Source: Desulfurococcaceae archaeon (GTDB taxonomy: Archaea; Thermoproteota; Thermoprotei_A; Sulfolobales; NBVN01). Taken from it: a DNA stretch of 64,000 nt. Below, in pieces: positions 56,550 through 64,000 of this stretch (position 1 is its first letter; each line of letters starts with the position of its first letter). Made by a program: the position numbers and the translations under genes. The stretch lies in the NCBI GenBank assembly GCA_020832985.1, contig JAJHRE010000001.1:28776-92775 (forward strand), given 5' to 3'. Below the pieces are notes generated by a model, which saw only the letters and a program-made list of their open reading frames with translations, searched no databases and was not told the DNA's origin.

Positions 56550-58412
56550 CTATGTCGGTAGTTCCTTTAAGTAACTTAATGTAGGTCTTAACGATAGGTA
56601 AGGGGGTAAGGTGGAGTCAACTCTTGGGAACCCTTCCAACTCTTTATTAACTGTGTTAATAAGTTCATCAACATCCATAACTTTCTGTATTCCTGTAGAC
56701 CTTATTCTGACGTTGACGTTCCTAGTCTTAAACTCCCTATCACCTATAACTACTACGTAGGGTATCCACTCAACACCTGCATCTCTAATCTTTTTAGCTA
56801 GTGTTAGGTCTCTATCATCTAAGTCAGCCCTGATACGATTAGCTAGTAACTTCTTTAATACCTCGTTCGCGAACTCCATATAGTCCTTAGATAGAGGTAT
56901 TACTCTCACCTGAATAGGTGCTAACCACGTAGGTATGTTTGGAGTCTTACCCTGTTCTTCATCTTGAACAGCTTTATCTAATATAGCGTAGATATACCTC
57001 TCGATAGACCCTATAATTGCTGTATGTATTATTACCGGGTACCTCTCAACACCGTTCTCATCAACATATTTAATGTTAAATCTTGCTGCATTACCTATAT
57101 CTATCTGGAATGTAGCTATTTCCCTAGGCCTCTTAAGACTATCTATAATGATGTACTCGACGTTAATCACCCAGTAGTAAATCCCTGACGGATACACTAC
57201 GATCAGGCCTGGCTTACCTATACCTCTAATTAACTCTACTATGTAGTCTCTATGCGACTCGAAGAAATCTTCAGTGACGTTATATATAGCTACATAACTC
57301 CTACCTAACTTACCTACCTCCTCTAAGATCTTATCCTGAACTCTGAATGAGAACTTCTTAGCCTCATCTAAATCCTTAAGCAGTACGTGTAGGTCAGGCA
57401 TGTAGAACTTCCTCAACCTAAAACAAAGTACTAACTCCCCCTTCTGTTCAAATCTATAGCTATCAGCAACTTCGAAAACACCTAATGGTAATCCCTTATA
57501 GCTTATGATCCAGTCTTTAATCATAGCGAATTGTTGATGACAAGCAGCGTACCTCATAACTAACTTACCGCCTTCAGACTCAACCTCATAGAGTCTATCA
57601 CCGAATAGTTCAGCATGTTCCCTAATCGGTTTGTACTTGAGGTTAAACATGTTAGTACCCATAACCCTAATTACCGGAATTCCTAACGACTTAGCAACCA
57701 TCCATGAGTACTCCCTAACAGCTTCAACCATAGTTGTTGCATGCGGTTCATACCTCATATGACCGCTATCAGACATCGATTCCCACTCAAACCCGAACTT
57801 CCTACAAACATCGAATAATCTAGACTTACCCCCAGGTAACTCCTTCTTGAAAACCTCCTTCTCTACTAAGATTCTAAGGTCCTCCTCATCAGGTTTAAAC
57901 ACGTAGTCCTCAGGTTTAAACACCTGACCCTCAGGCGTTAGTATGTAGTACTTCCTCTCAATAGTAACCCTCTTAGATATTTCCTCAGGTTTATACTCCC
58001 TAGACAACTCTGAGAGTGGGTGTCCATAACACTTCATACTAAATGCTTTATACCATCCAAACGGTGCCCTATATACGTTAACACCCCTCCCCCTAAACGA
58101 CTCCTCCAATCGATTTAACACTTGAATAGCTTCTTCAGGACTTGCTAACTTCGATGAGAGGTGAGCGTATGGGTATATCAACAGTGTTGAAGCCTTAACC
58201 TTATTAAAAACATCGAGGACGTCATCAACAACCTTAGGCATTAATAACTCAAGAGACTTATAATCACCTTCCTCAACAGTAGTGAAAACAACTAAGACAT
58301 TTCTAAACTCACCACTAGTACTTAATAATGGTTCAGCACTTTCTACAGCTTTCTCACGGGTCTCATACCTAAACTCCTCCGCATGAATTAAGAGCGTTCG
58401 CAATTTTACCAC
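56550..58412 (-). CDS. thrS: Threonine--tRNA ligase (full-length archaeal type with N-terminal DTD-like editing domain)
   Basis: N-terminal ...LLIHAEEFRYE...IYPYAHLSS...APFGWYKAF...GHPLSELS editing domain, a class II catalytic core and an anticodon-binding domain. Confidence 0.95.
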   Translation of the reverse strand: MVKLRTLLIHAEEFRYETREKAVESAEPLLSTSGEFRNVLVVFTTVEEGDYKSLELLMPKVVDDVLDVFNKVKASTLLIYPYAHLSSKLASPEEAIQVLNRLEESFRGRGVNVYRAPFGWYKAFSMKCYGHPLSELSREYKPEEISKRVTIERKYYILTPEGQVFKPEDYVFKPDEEDLRILVEKEVFKKELPGGKSRLFDVCRKFGFEWESMSDSGHMRYEPHATTMVEAVREYSWMVAKSLGIPVIRVMGTNMFNLKYKPIREHAELFGDRLYEVESEGGKLVMRYAACHQQFAMIKDWIISYKGLPLGVFEVADSYRFEQKGELVLCFRLRKFYMPDLHVLLKDLDEAKKFSFRVQDKILEEVGKLGRSYVAIYNVTEDFFESHRDYIVELIRGIGKPGLIVVYPSGIYYWVINVEYIIIDSLKRPREIATFQIDIGNAARFNIKYVDENGVERYPVIIHTAIIGSIERYIYAILDKAVQDEEQGKTPNIPTWLAPIQVRVIPLSKDYMEFANEVLKKLLANRIRADLDDRDLTLAKKIRDAGVEWIPYVVVIGDREFKTRNVNVRIRSTGIQKVMDVDELINTVNKELEGFPRVDSTLPPYLSLRPTLSYLKELPT

Positions 58413-58531
58413 TCCTATTTGAATTTATAAGAGGATTTAAAAACTGAGTTTCCAACTATGTTAATACATTAATAGCTAATTCTTAAAATGCTGTATGGGT
58501 TATAGTATTAATGGCTGATTTGGTGATTTAA

Positions 58532-59521
58532 GTGACTAATGTATTAGTTAATGAACGCGGTGCTGTATTAATCAATAAGTTATTAAGTATTGATGGGCAT
58601 GAAAACAGTATTTCAAGAGTTGTAACACATGTACATTCAGACCATATTAAGGATTTAGATAAGAGTTTAACCATCTGTAAGAACTTAATAGGTACTCCAT
58701 TAACTCTGGACTGGTTAGTTGAGTTAGGGTATAAGATACCTAGTGACTACATCATAAAAATGGATTACGGGTCTAGGGTAAGTATCGGTGAGTTGAAGTT
58801 GGAGTTGGTAAAGGCCTTACACATACCCGGTTCTTCACAGGTGGTAGTAACTGATGAGGATGGGTTGAAGATAGTGTATACAAGTGATTTTAAGAAGCCT
58901 GGAATACATACTCCAATATTAGAAGCTGATATACTGGTGTTAGATGCTGTTTACGGTAATCCGAACTACGTTAGGGAATTTGATGAGTATATAGAGGATA
59001 TACTCACTGATTTAGTTAATCAACTACTTAGTAAGGGTCCGGTAATCATATATGGATACCACGGTAAACTTCAGGAGGTTATGCAGTTATTTAGAGATAA
59101 GGGAGTTATAGCACCTTACGTATTACCACCTAAAGTATATAACATGACTAGAATAGCTGAGAAATACGACTTAAGAATTAAGGACTACGTATTGTTAGGG
59201 AGTAATGAAGGTGCTGAGGTAATTAAGAGTGGTTGGTTCTTACTATTCACACATGTAAGTAGTAGTAACTATGTGAAGAAGATGAAGGCCTCAGAAGTCA
59301 TATTGAGTGGTTGGGAGTTTAAAAAACCTTACAGATACTTAGGCAATAATAGGTGGTTAGTTGCCTTCAGCGATCATGCAGATTTCAAAGGATTGATACA
59401 TTACGTAGTCAACTCTAACCCTAAGACAGTTATAGTAAACTCCGTTAGGAGTACTTACGCAGATTTGTTTGCTAATGAAGTGAGGAAGATAACTAAGAAA
59501 GACTGCATAGTAATGCCGTAG
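58532..59521 (+). CDS. Metallo-beta-lactamase-fold hydrolase, short beta-CASP-like nuclease candidate
   Basis: HxHxDH motif (THVHSDH) and a C-terminal ...VAFSDHADFKGLIHYV resembling beta-CASP motif C. Confidence 0.6.
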   Translation: MTNVLVNERGAVLINKLLSIDGHENSISRVVTHVHSDHIKDLDKSLTICKNLIGTPLTLDWLVELGYKIPSDYIIKMDYGSRVSIGELKLELVKALHIPGSSQVVVTDEDGLKIVYTSDFKKPGIHTPILEADILVLDAVYGNPNYVREFDEYIEDILTDLVNQLLSKGPVIIYGYHGKLQEVMQLFRDKGVIAPYVLPPKVYNMTRIAEKYDLRIKDYVLLGSNEGAEVIKSGWFLLFTHVSSSNYVKKMKASEVILSGWEFKKPYRYLGNNRWLVAFSDHADFKGLIHYVVNSNPKTVIVNSVRSTYADLFANEVRKITKKDCIVMP

Positions 59522-59855
59522 CGAGTTCTCTAATAGTTGTAATTAAGTGTAAGTAGCTACCATCTTTAACCCTGTCAATAGTATCTGATGTTTAGCGGAG
59601 TTGGGCTTCGGTGGGTTTATTAGCATCACCCATACCCAGTCGAGCCTAACGTCATGAGGCTCCCATCTGAGGGTATACACTCATCACCACTCAACACACC
59701 TCATCACAGTACGGAATAAATAGTTGCAAGTATCCACAGGTACTTAAACTTATTGTCCATTCAGCAACAGTCTTTAAATAAACTCTATGGGTTATGAGGG
59801 AAGTAAGTTTAATAGATTCATTTTAAAAAGTTTATAATGGTTAGGAAGTGAGATA

Positions 59856-61352
59856 TTGAGTGAGGGGAAGATAAAGAAGATTGAGGATTTAGGTATCAGC
59901 TCAACTATTGTTAATAAGTTGAGAGAAGCTGGTTATAAGACATTAGAAGCTTTAGCAGCTGCTAACGTTAATGAGTTAGCTACTGTTGTAGGTATACCAT
60001 TACCTACAGCTCAGAGGATAGTTAATCAGGCTCGTGAGGCTTTAGGTCTTAAGTTTAAGACTGCTTTAGAGCTTAAGAAGGAGAGGTTAGGGGTTAAGAA
60101 GATAACTACAGGTTCTAGGAATTTAGATAACCTATTAGGGGGTGGTGTAGAGGTTAAGACCATAACTGAATTCTTTGGTGAGTATGGTACTGGTAAGTGT
60201 TTCTCTGGGGATACTAAGGTGTTATATATTGATAACGGTGTTAATGAAGAACCGATAGAGTATATGTATGAGAAGTATAGGAGGTTATTTAATGAGGTAG
60301 AGTACGACCATGGATATTTAGTGAGGTTAGAGGGTGTTTACGTATTAACAGTTATTAATAATGAATTAAGTATTGTTAGGGCTGACGGTATATATAGAGA
60401 GGTGGTAAGGGATATATATGAGGTTAAATTAGATAGTGGTTTAGAACTGTTGGTTACACCTAACCATCCAGTACTTACTTATAGGGGAGGGAGTTTAAGG
60501 TGGTGTTTAGCAAGGGAGTTAGATAGGGGTGTTACTGTCGTCGGTGTTGAGGGTGTTGAAGACCTCATAAAACATGTAGATTTAGGGGATGCTCATCAAG
60601 GACGTCTTAATGAGTTAGGCAGCTTATCCCATCATATAATACAGAGTGTGAGGCGGGTAAGATATGATGATTACGTCTACGATTTAGTAGTACCTAGTAC
60701 TCACTACTTCATATCTCCTGAAGGCTTAATACTACATAATACTCAACTCTGTCATCAACTCTCAGTAAATGTTCAACTACCGCTTGAGAAGGGAGGACTT
60801 GGTGGGAGGGCTTTATACGTAGATAGTGAAGGTACGTTTAGGTGGGAACGTATTGAGGCTATGGCTAGAGGTGTGGGGATAGACCCTGATAAGGCTATGG
60901 AGAACATAATATATATTAGAGCCATTAATAGTGACCATCAGATAGCTATCATTGATGAGATTATGGAGTTAATACCTAAGGAGAATATAAGGCTGATAGT
61001 TGTTGATTCAGTAACAGGTCATTTTAGGGCTGAGTACCCCGGTCGTGAGAACTTAGCAGTTAGGCAGCAGAAACTTAATAGACATCTCCATCAACTTAAT
61101 AGGATAGCTGATATGTATGATGTAGCTGTTGTAGTTACTAATCAAGTCATGGCTAGACCTGACGTATTCTACGGAGACCCTACACAAGCTGTAGGTGGTC
61201 ACGTGTTAGCGCATGCACCAGGTGTTAGAGTTCAATTAAGGAGGAGTAGGGGTAATAGAAGAATTGCTAGGATAGTTGATGCCCCACACCTCCCAGAAGG
61301 TGAGGCGGTATTTGCAATTACTGAGGTAGGTATTAGAGATGTTGAGGAATGA
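59856..61352 (+). CDS. radA: DNA repair and recombination protein RadA, interrupted by an intein
   Basis: N-terminal HhH domain. Walker A is split as GEYGTGK | intein | TQLCHQL, followed by Walker B LIVVDS and the remainder of the RadA core. The spliced length would be 317 aa. Confidence 0.95.
   Translation: MSEGKIKKIEDLGISSTIVNKLREAGYKTLEALAAANVNELATVVGIPLPTAQRIVNQAREALGLKFKTALELKKERLGVKKITTGSRNLDNLLGGGVEVKTITEFFGEYGTGKCFSGDTKVLYIDNGVNEEPIEYMYEKYRRLFNEVEYDHGYLVRLEGVYVLTVINNELSIVRADGIYREVVRDIYEVKLDSGLELLVTPNHPVLTYRGGSLRWCLARELDRGVTVVGVEGVEDLIKHVDLGDAHQGRLNELGSLSHHIIQSVRRVRYDDYVYDLVVPSTHYFISPEGLILHNTQLCHQLSVNVQLPLEKGGLGGRALYVDSEGTFRWERIEAMARGVGIDPDKAMENIIYIRAINSDHQIAIIDEIMELIPKENIRLIVVDSVTGHFRAEYPGRENLAVRQQKLNRHLHQLNRIADMYDVAVVVTNQVMARPDVFYGDPTQAVGGHVLAHAPGVRVQLRRSRGNRRIARIVDAPHLPEGEAVFAITEVGIRDVEE
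60198..60740 (+). mobile_element. RadA mini-intein (181 aa) in the P-loop
   Basis: It begins [10 protein letters not shown] (Cys1), has block B TPNHPVL and ends GLILHN followed by +1 Thr (TQLCHQL). No LAGLIDADG or HNH endonuclease domain is evident. The length is a multiple of 3 and the reading frame is continuous. Confidence 0.9.
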
Positions 61353-62110
61353 ACTTAAGTACGGGGATGCCTACAGCCTTAATACCTATAACAATTACTT
61401 TATCCACATTAATAATTGCGACATACTATGATCTAAAGTCTAGAGAGATTAGTGAGTATGTATGGGTACCAGCACTGATATTTTCATCAATATTCACATA
61501 CTTAGTAATAAGACCTAACATATTAGTCCTTATATTTTCATTAATACCTGCAGCGATACTCTTACTACTAATGTTTTTAGGTATGATAGGGGGTGCAGAC
61601 TTCCTAGCACTACTACTAATATCTATCTCAACACCGTACTTAAATGTAATACCTATATCAATGCTTACACTACTACTCTCAGCGTTAATACCATCCTCAC
61701 TAGTACTGTATAACTTCATCATTAACCTCACATTATGTAGAGACCTAATGGAGGGACTTAAATGTAGTAGTACTCATAAACTCTCCCTAATATTCTTAAG
61801 TAGGCCTATGAAGGTAAGTAAGTTTTTAAAGAGTAAGTTCATGTATCCGTTAACCATAGTTAAGTGCTCAACTAATGAATTCGTAGTTAAGTGTAGGACA
61901 AGCTTCAATATTGAGGAGGATTTCAAGGAACATATAAGAGATGTTATGAAGTGTTTGGAATTAGGGTATGTAAGTAATGATGATTATATATGGGTAACTC
62001 CAGCATTACCTCATATCCTCTTCATAACTATCGGTTATATACTTGCGTTGGTAATACCTGAAGAAATTATTTATAAGGTGTTTAACCTATTATTGATGTA
62101 CTTTAGGTGA
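61349..62110 (+). CDS. A24-family prepilin/preflagellin (archaellin) signal peptidase (PibD/FlaK-like)
   Basis: A polytopic membrane protein with the two catalytic Asp motifs [11 protein letters not shown] and GMIGGADF. Confidence 0.75.
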   Translation: MNLSTGMPTALIPITITLSTLIIATYYDLKSREISEYVWVPALIFSSIFTYLVIRPNILVLIFSLIPAAILLLLMFLGMIGGADFLALLLISISTPYLNVIPISMLTLLLSALIPSSLVLYNFIINLTLCRDLMEGLKCSSTHKLSLIFLSRPMKVSKFLKSKFMYPLTIVKCSTNEFVVKCRTSFNIEEDFKEHIRDVMKCLELGYVSNDDYIWVTPALPHILFITIGYILALVIPEEIIYKVFNLLLMYFR

Positions 62111-62607
62111 AGTATGTGAGGGTGTTATGGGCTCCCTGGCGTATGAAGTATATTAGTAAGCCTCAGAGTGAGGTATGTATATTTTGTGAAGCTAGGTATA
62201 GACCTGATAACGAATGCTATGTAGTTTTTAGGGGTAGTAAGTCTTTTATAATGTTGAACCTCTACCCATATAATACAGCGCATGTGATGGTAGCACCTTA
62301 CAGACATGTTAACTCCTTCGAATTACTTGATGATGATGAACTACTTGATTTAATGAAGATGGTTAAACTATCTATAAAGGCTATAAGTATGGAGTATAAA
62401 CCTCAAGGATTTAATGTCGGTGTTAATTTAGGTCATGTAGCTGGGGCAGGTGTTGAAGGCCATCTACATATCCATGTAGTACCTAGATGGTTAGGTGATA
62501 CGAACTTCATGCCAGTAATATCATCAACTAAGGTAATTCCTGAAGATATTAATGAGACTTTCTCCAGGTTGAGGAAAACTATTACAAAAATAGTTGGTAG
62601 TGATTAA
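62107..62607 (+). CDS. HIT-family (histidine triad) nucleotide hydrolase/transferase
   Basis: Histidine triad GHLHIHVVPR. Confidence 0.85.
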   Translation: MKYVRVLWAPWRMKYISKPQSEVCIFCEARYRPDNECYVVFRGSKSFIMLNLYPYNTAHVMVAPYRHVNSFELLDDDELLDLMKMVKLSIKAISMEYKPQGFNVGVNLGHVAGAGVEGHLHIHVVPRWLGDTNFMPVISSTKVIPEDINETFSRLRKTITKIVGSD

Positions 62608-62615
62608 AAATTAAA

Positions 62616-63998
62616 TTACTTCTTTAGTATACCTGCGTATCTAGCCCAGTAGTAGAGTGCTCCTAAAGCTTTTACAGCTCTTTCAGGCTGTGAGAAGAAT
62701 GTCGGTACGTTAGCATGTTCTTCAATATATTCTACAGCCTGTAATGTCTCAGGTATATCACCACTCATCGAAACCACTATAGGCTTCTCAATCCCTTTAG
62801 CTCTAGCCTCATTAACAGCATCAACTACAGCTTTAGCGAACTGCATCGGTGTTGTTATTATCGTATGCCAGTGACCTATTATTACAGCATCAACTTTAGG
62901 ATGCATTATAGCTAACCTAACAGCCCTCTCAACCATATCCGGAGTACATGATCCAGTTATATCCATAGGATTACCGAAAGCTCCGAAGGGAGGTACGAAC
63001 TTCTTAAACTCATCAACTAAGTCTTGAGGAGCCTCCATTAAGTGTAAGTTGTTATCTGCTGCAGCATCGCATAGTAAGACACCTAAACCACCAGCCATAG
63101 TCACTATCAATACGTTCTCACCCTTAGGTGGTGGTAACATTGCTAGAGACCTACCTATATCGAATAACTCATCTAGGGCGTATACCCTAATAACACCTGC
63201 TTTCTTAAATGCTGCGTTAATTACTGCATCAGATGCAGTAAGTGCTGCTGTATGCGACTTAGCTGCTTTCTCACCGTAGTGTGTCCTACCAGCTTTCAAC
63301 ACTACTATCGGCTTCTTCTTACTGACGAATTTAGCTGTTTCTATAAACTTCTTACCATCTTTTATAGACTCCATATGAAATGCTATCGCTTTAGTATTTT
63401 CATCAGCGTAGAAATACCAGAGTAGGTCTGCATGATCTATATCAGCCATATTACCTAAACCAACATTTATTGATATACCAACTCTCTTCCACCTAGCGTA
63501 GCCGAAGGCTGCCATACCAACACCACCGCTTTGACATACTATCGCTAAGCCTCCTTTGTAGGTGTAGGGTATTGTGAATGATAGGCTTAAGTTATACCAT
63601 GGACTGTAGATACCGTATGTGTTAGGACCTATAATCCTAACTCCATACTTCCTAGCAGTCTCAACTAATTTCTGCTGGAGTTCAGGGTTACCTGCCTCAG
63701 CAAATCCTGAAGAGACTACTACTGCTACAGGTACGTTCTTCTCACCTAGTGATGGGATGACATCAGGTACTATAGCTGCTGGTACAGCTATTAATGCAGC
63801 ATCAACTTCAGGGTCAGGTACTTGTCTAACGTCTGGGTAGCATTTAAGACCTAAGATCTCAGTAGCTCTAGGATTTATCGGGTATATCTTACCTGTATAC
63901 CCACCATCAATTAAGTTCTTAACTACTGCATAACCTACCCTCCCAGGTTCTCTAGAAGCTCCTACAACTGCTACATTCCTAGGTCTGAAGAACCTCAT
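62616..63998 (-). CDS. acdA: Acetate--CoA ligase (ADP-forming) alpha subunit
   Basis: A CoA-binding N-terminus: FFRPRNVAVVGASREPGRVGYAVVKNL...IYPINP, plus succinyl-CoA-synthetase-like domains. The start codon is at 63996-63998, near the window edge. Confidence 0.85.
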   Translation of the reverse strand: MRFFRPRNVAVVGASREPGRVGYAVVKNLIDGGYTGKIYPINPRATEILGLKCYPDVRQVPDPEVDAALIAVPAAIVPDVIPSLGEKNVPVAVVVSSGFAEAGNPELQQKLVETARKYGVRIIGPNTYGIYSPWYNLSLSFTIPYTYKGGLAIVCQSGGVGMAAFGYARWKRVGISINVGLGNMADIDHADLLWYFYADENTKAIAFHMESIKDGKKFIETAKFVSKKKPIVVLKAGRTHYGEKAAKSHTAALTASDAVINAAFKKAGVIRVYALDELFDIGRSLAMLPPPKGENVLIVTMAGGLGVLLCDAAADNNLHLMEAPQDLVDEFKKFVPPFGAFGNPMDITGSCTPDMVERAVRLAIMHPKVDAVIIGHWHTIITTPMQFAKAVVDAVNEARAKGIEKPIVVSMSGDIPETLQAVEYIEEHANVPTFFSQPERAVKALGALYYWARYAGILKK

Positions 63999-64000
63999 AA

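Noticed and set aside
59680-59715. Two GTGATGA C-box-like motifs on the minus strand (CTGTGATGAGGTGTGTTGAGTGGTGATGAGTGTATACCCTCAGATGG).
   Set aside because: No CTGA D or D' boxes occur at the required 10-12-nt spacing. TCAG/AGAT appear where CUGA should be. It is not called a C/D sRNA.

Overview
This is a gene-dense, visibly AT-rich archaeal chromosomal core region. The content looks crenarchaeal/TACK and probably thermophilic. Supporting genes are an aKMT-type lysine methyltransferase, a non-catalytic EndA subunit, multi-intron tRNAs, an ESCRT-III-like ORF and the AcnX/UbiD mevalonate genes.

Almost every large ORF is a recognisable housekeeping gene:
- Translation: GlyRS, HisRS, ThrRS, aIF1A, aIF2-beta, aIF5A, deoxyhypusine synthase, SRP54, L21e, NMD3, Rio1 and a KH/Dim2-like protein.
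- Transcription: RpoP, RpoF, TFE and MBF1.
- Replication and repair: PCNA, PriS, RNase HII, XPB and RadA.
- RNA modification: Trm56, a TrmJ-like SpoU enzyme, Pus10, QueC and MiaB-like genes, plus a DNA-type C5-MTase sitting among them.
- Metabolism: GlmS, a sugar nucleotidyltransferase, LutAB-like proteins, AOR, the mevalonate trio, Tmk, a metal ABC transporter and ADP-forming acetyl-CoA synthetase.

I found no rRNA, CRISPR array, transposase, integrase or recognisable defence island.

The non-routine content is RNA- and gene-structure-level:
- There are four tRNA genes. Asp has a canonical intron plus an acceptor-stem intron, and is bracketed by a 7-bp leader-trailer helix. Ile carries about 70 nt of intervening sequence in two introns. 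Tyr has one intron and Val has none.
- RadA carries a 181-aa mini-intein in its P-loop.
- Three unannotated C/D-box sRNA candidates lie in intergenic gaps.
- Two longer intergenic gaps contain GC-enriched stacks of hairpins.
- Two conserved genes (Rio1 and a Gpt-like PRTase) have conserved N-termini upstream of any ATG/GTG/TTG.
- A MoaD/SAMP-like protein ends in GG-D.
- The ORF track missed a 51-aa RpoP gene.

All calls rest on reading motifs by eye. No searches or folding computations were run.
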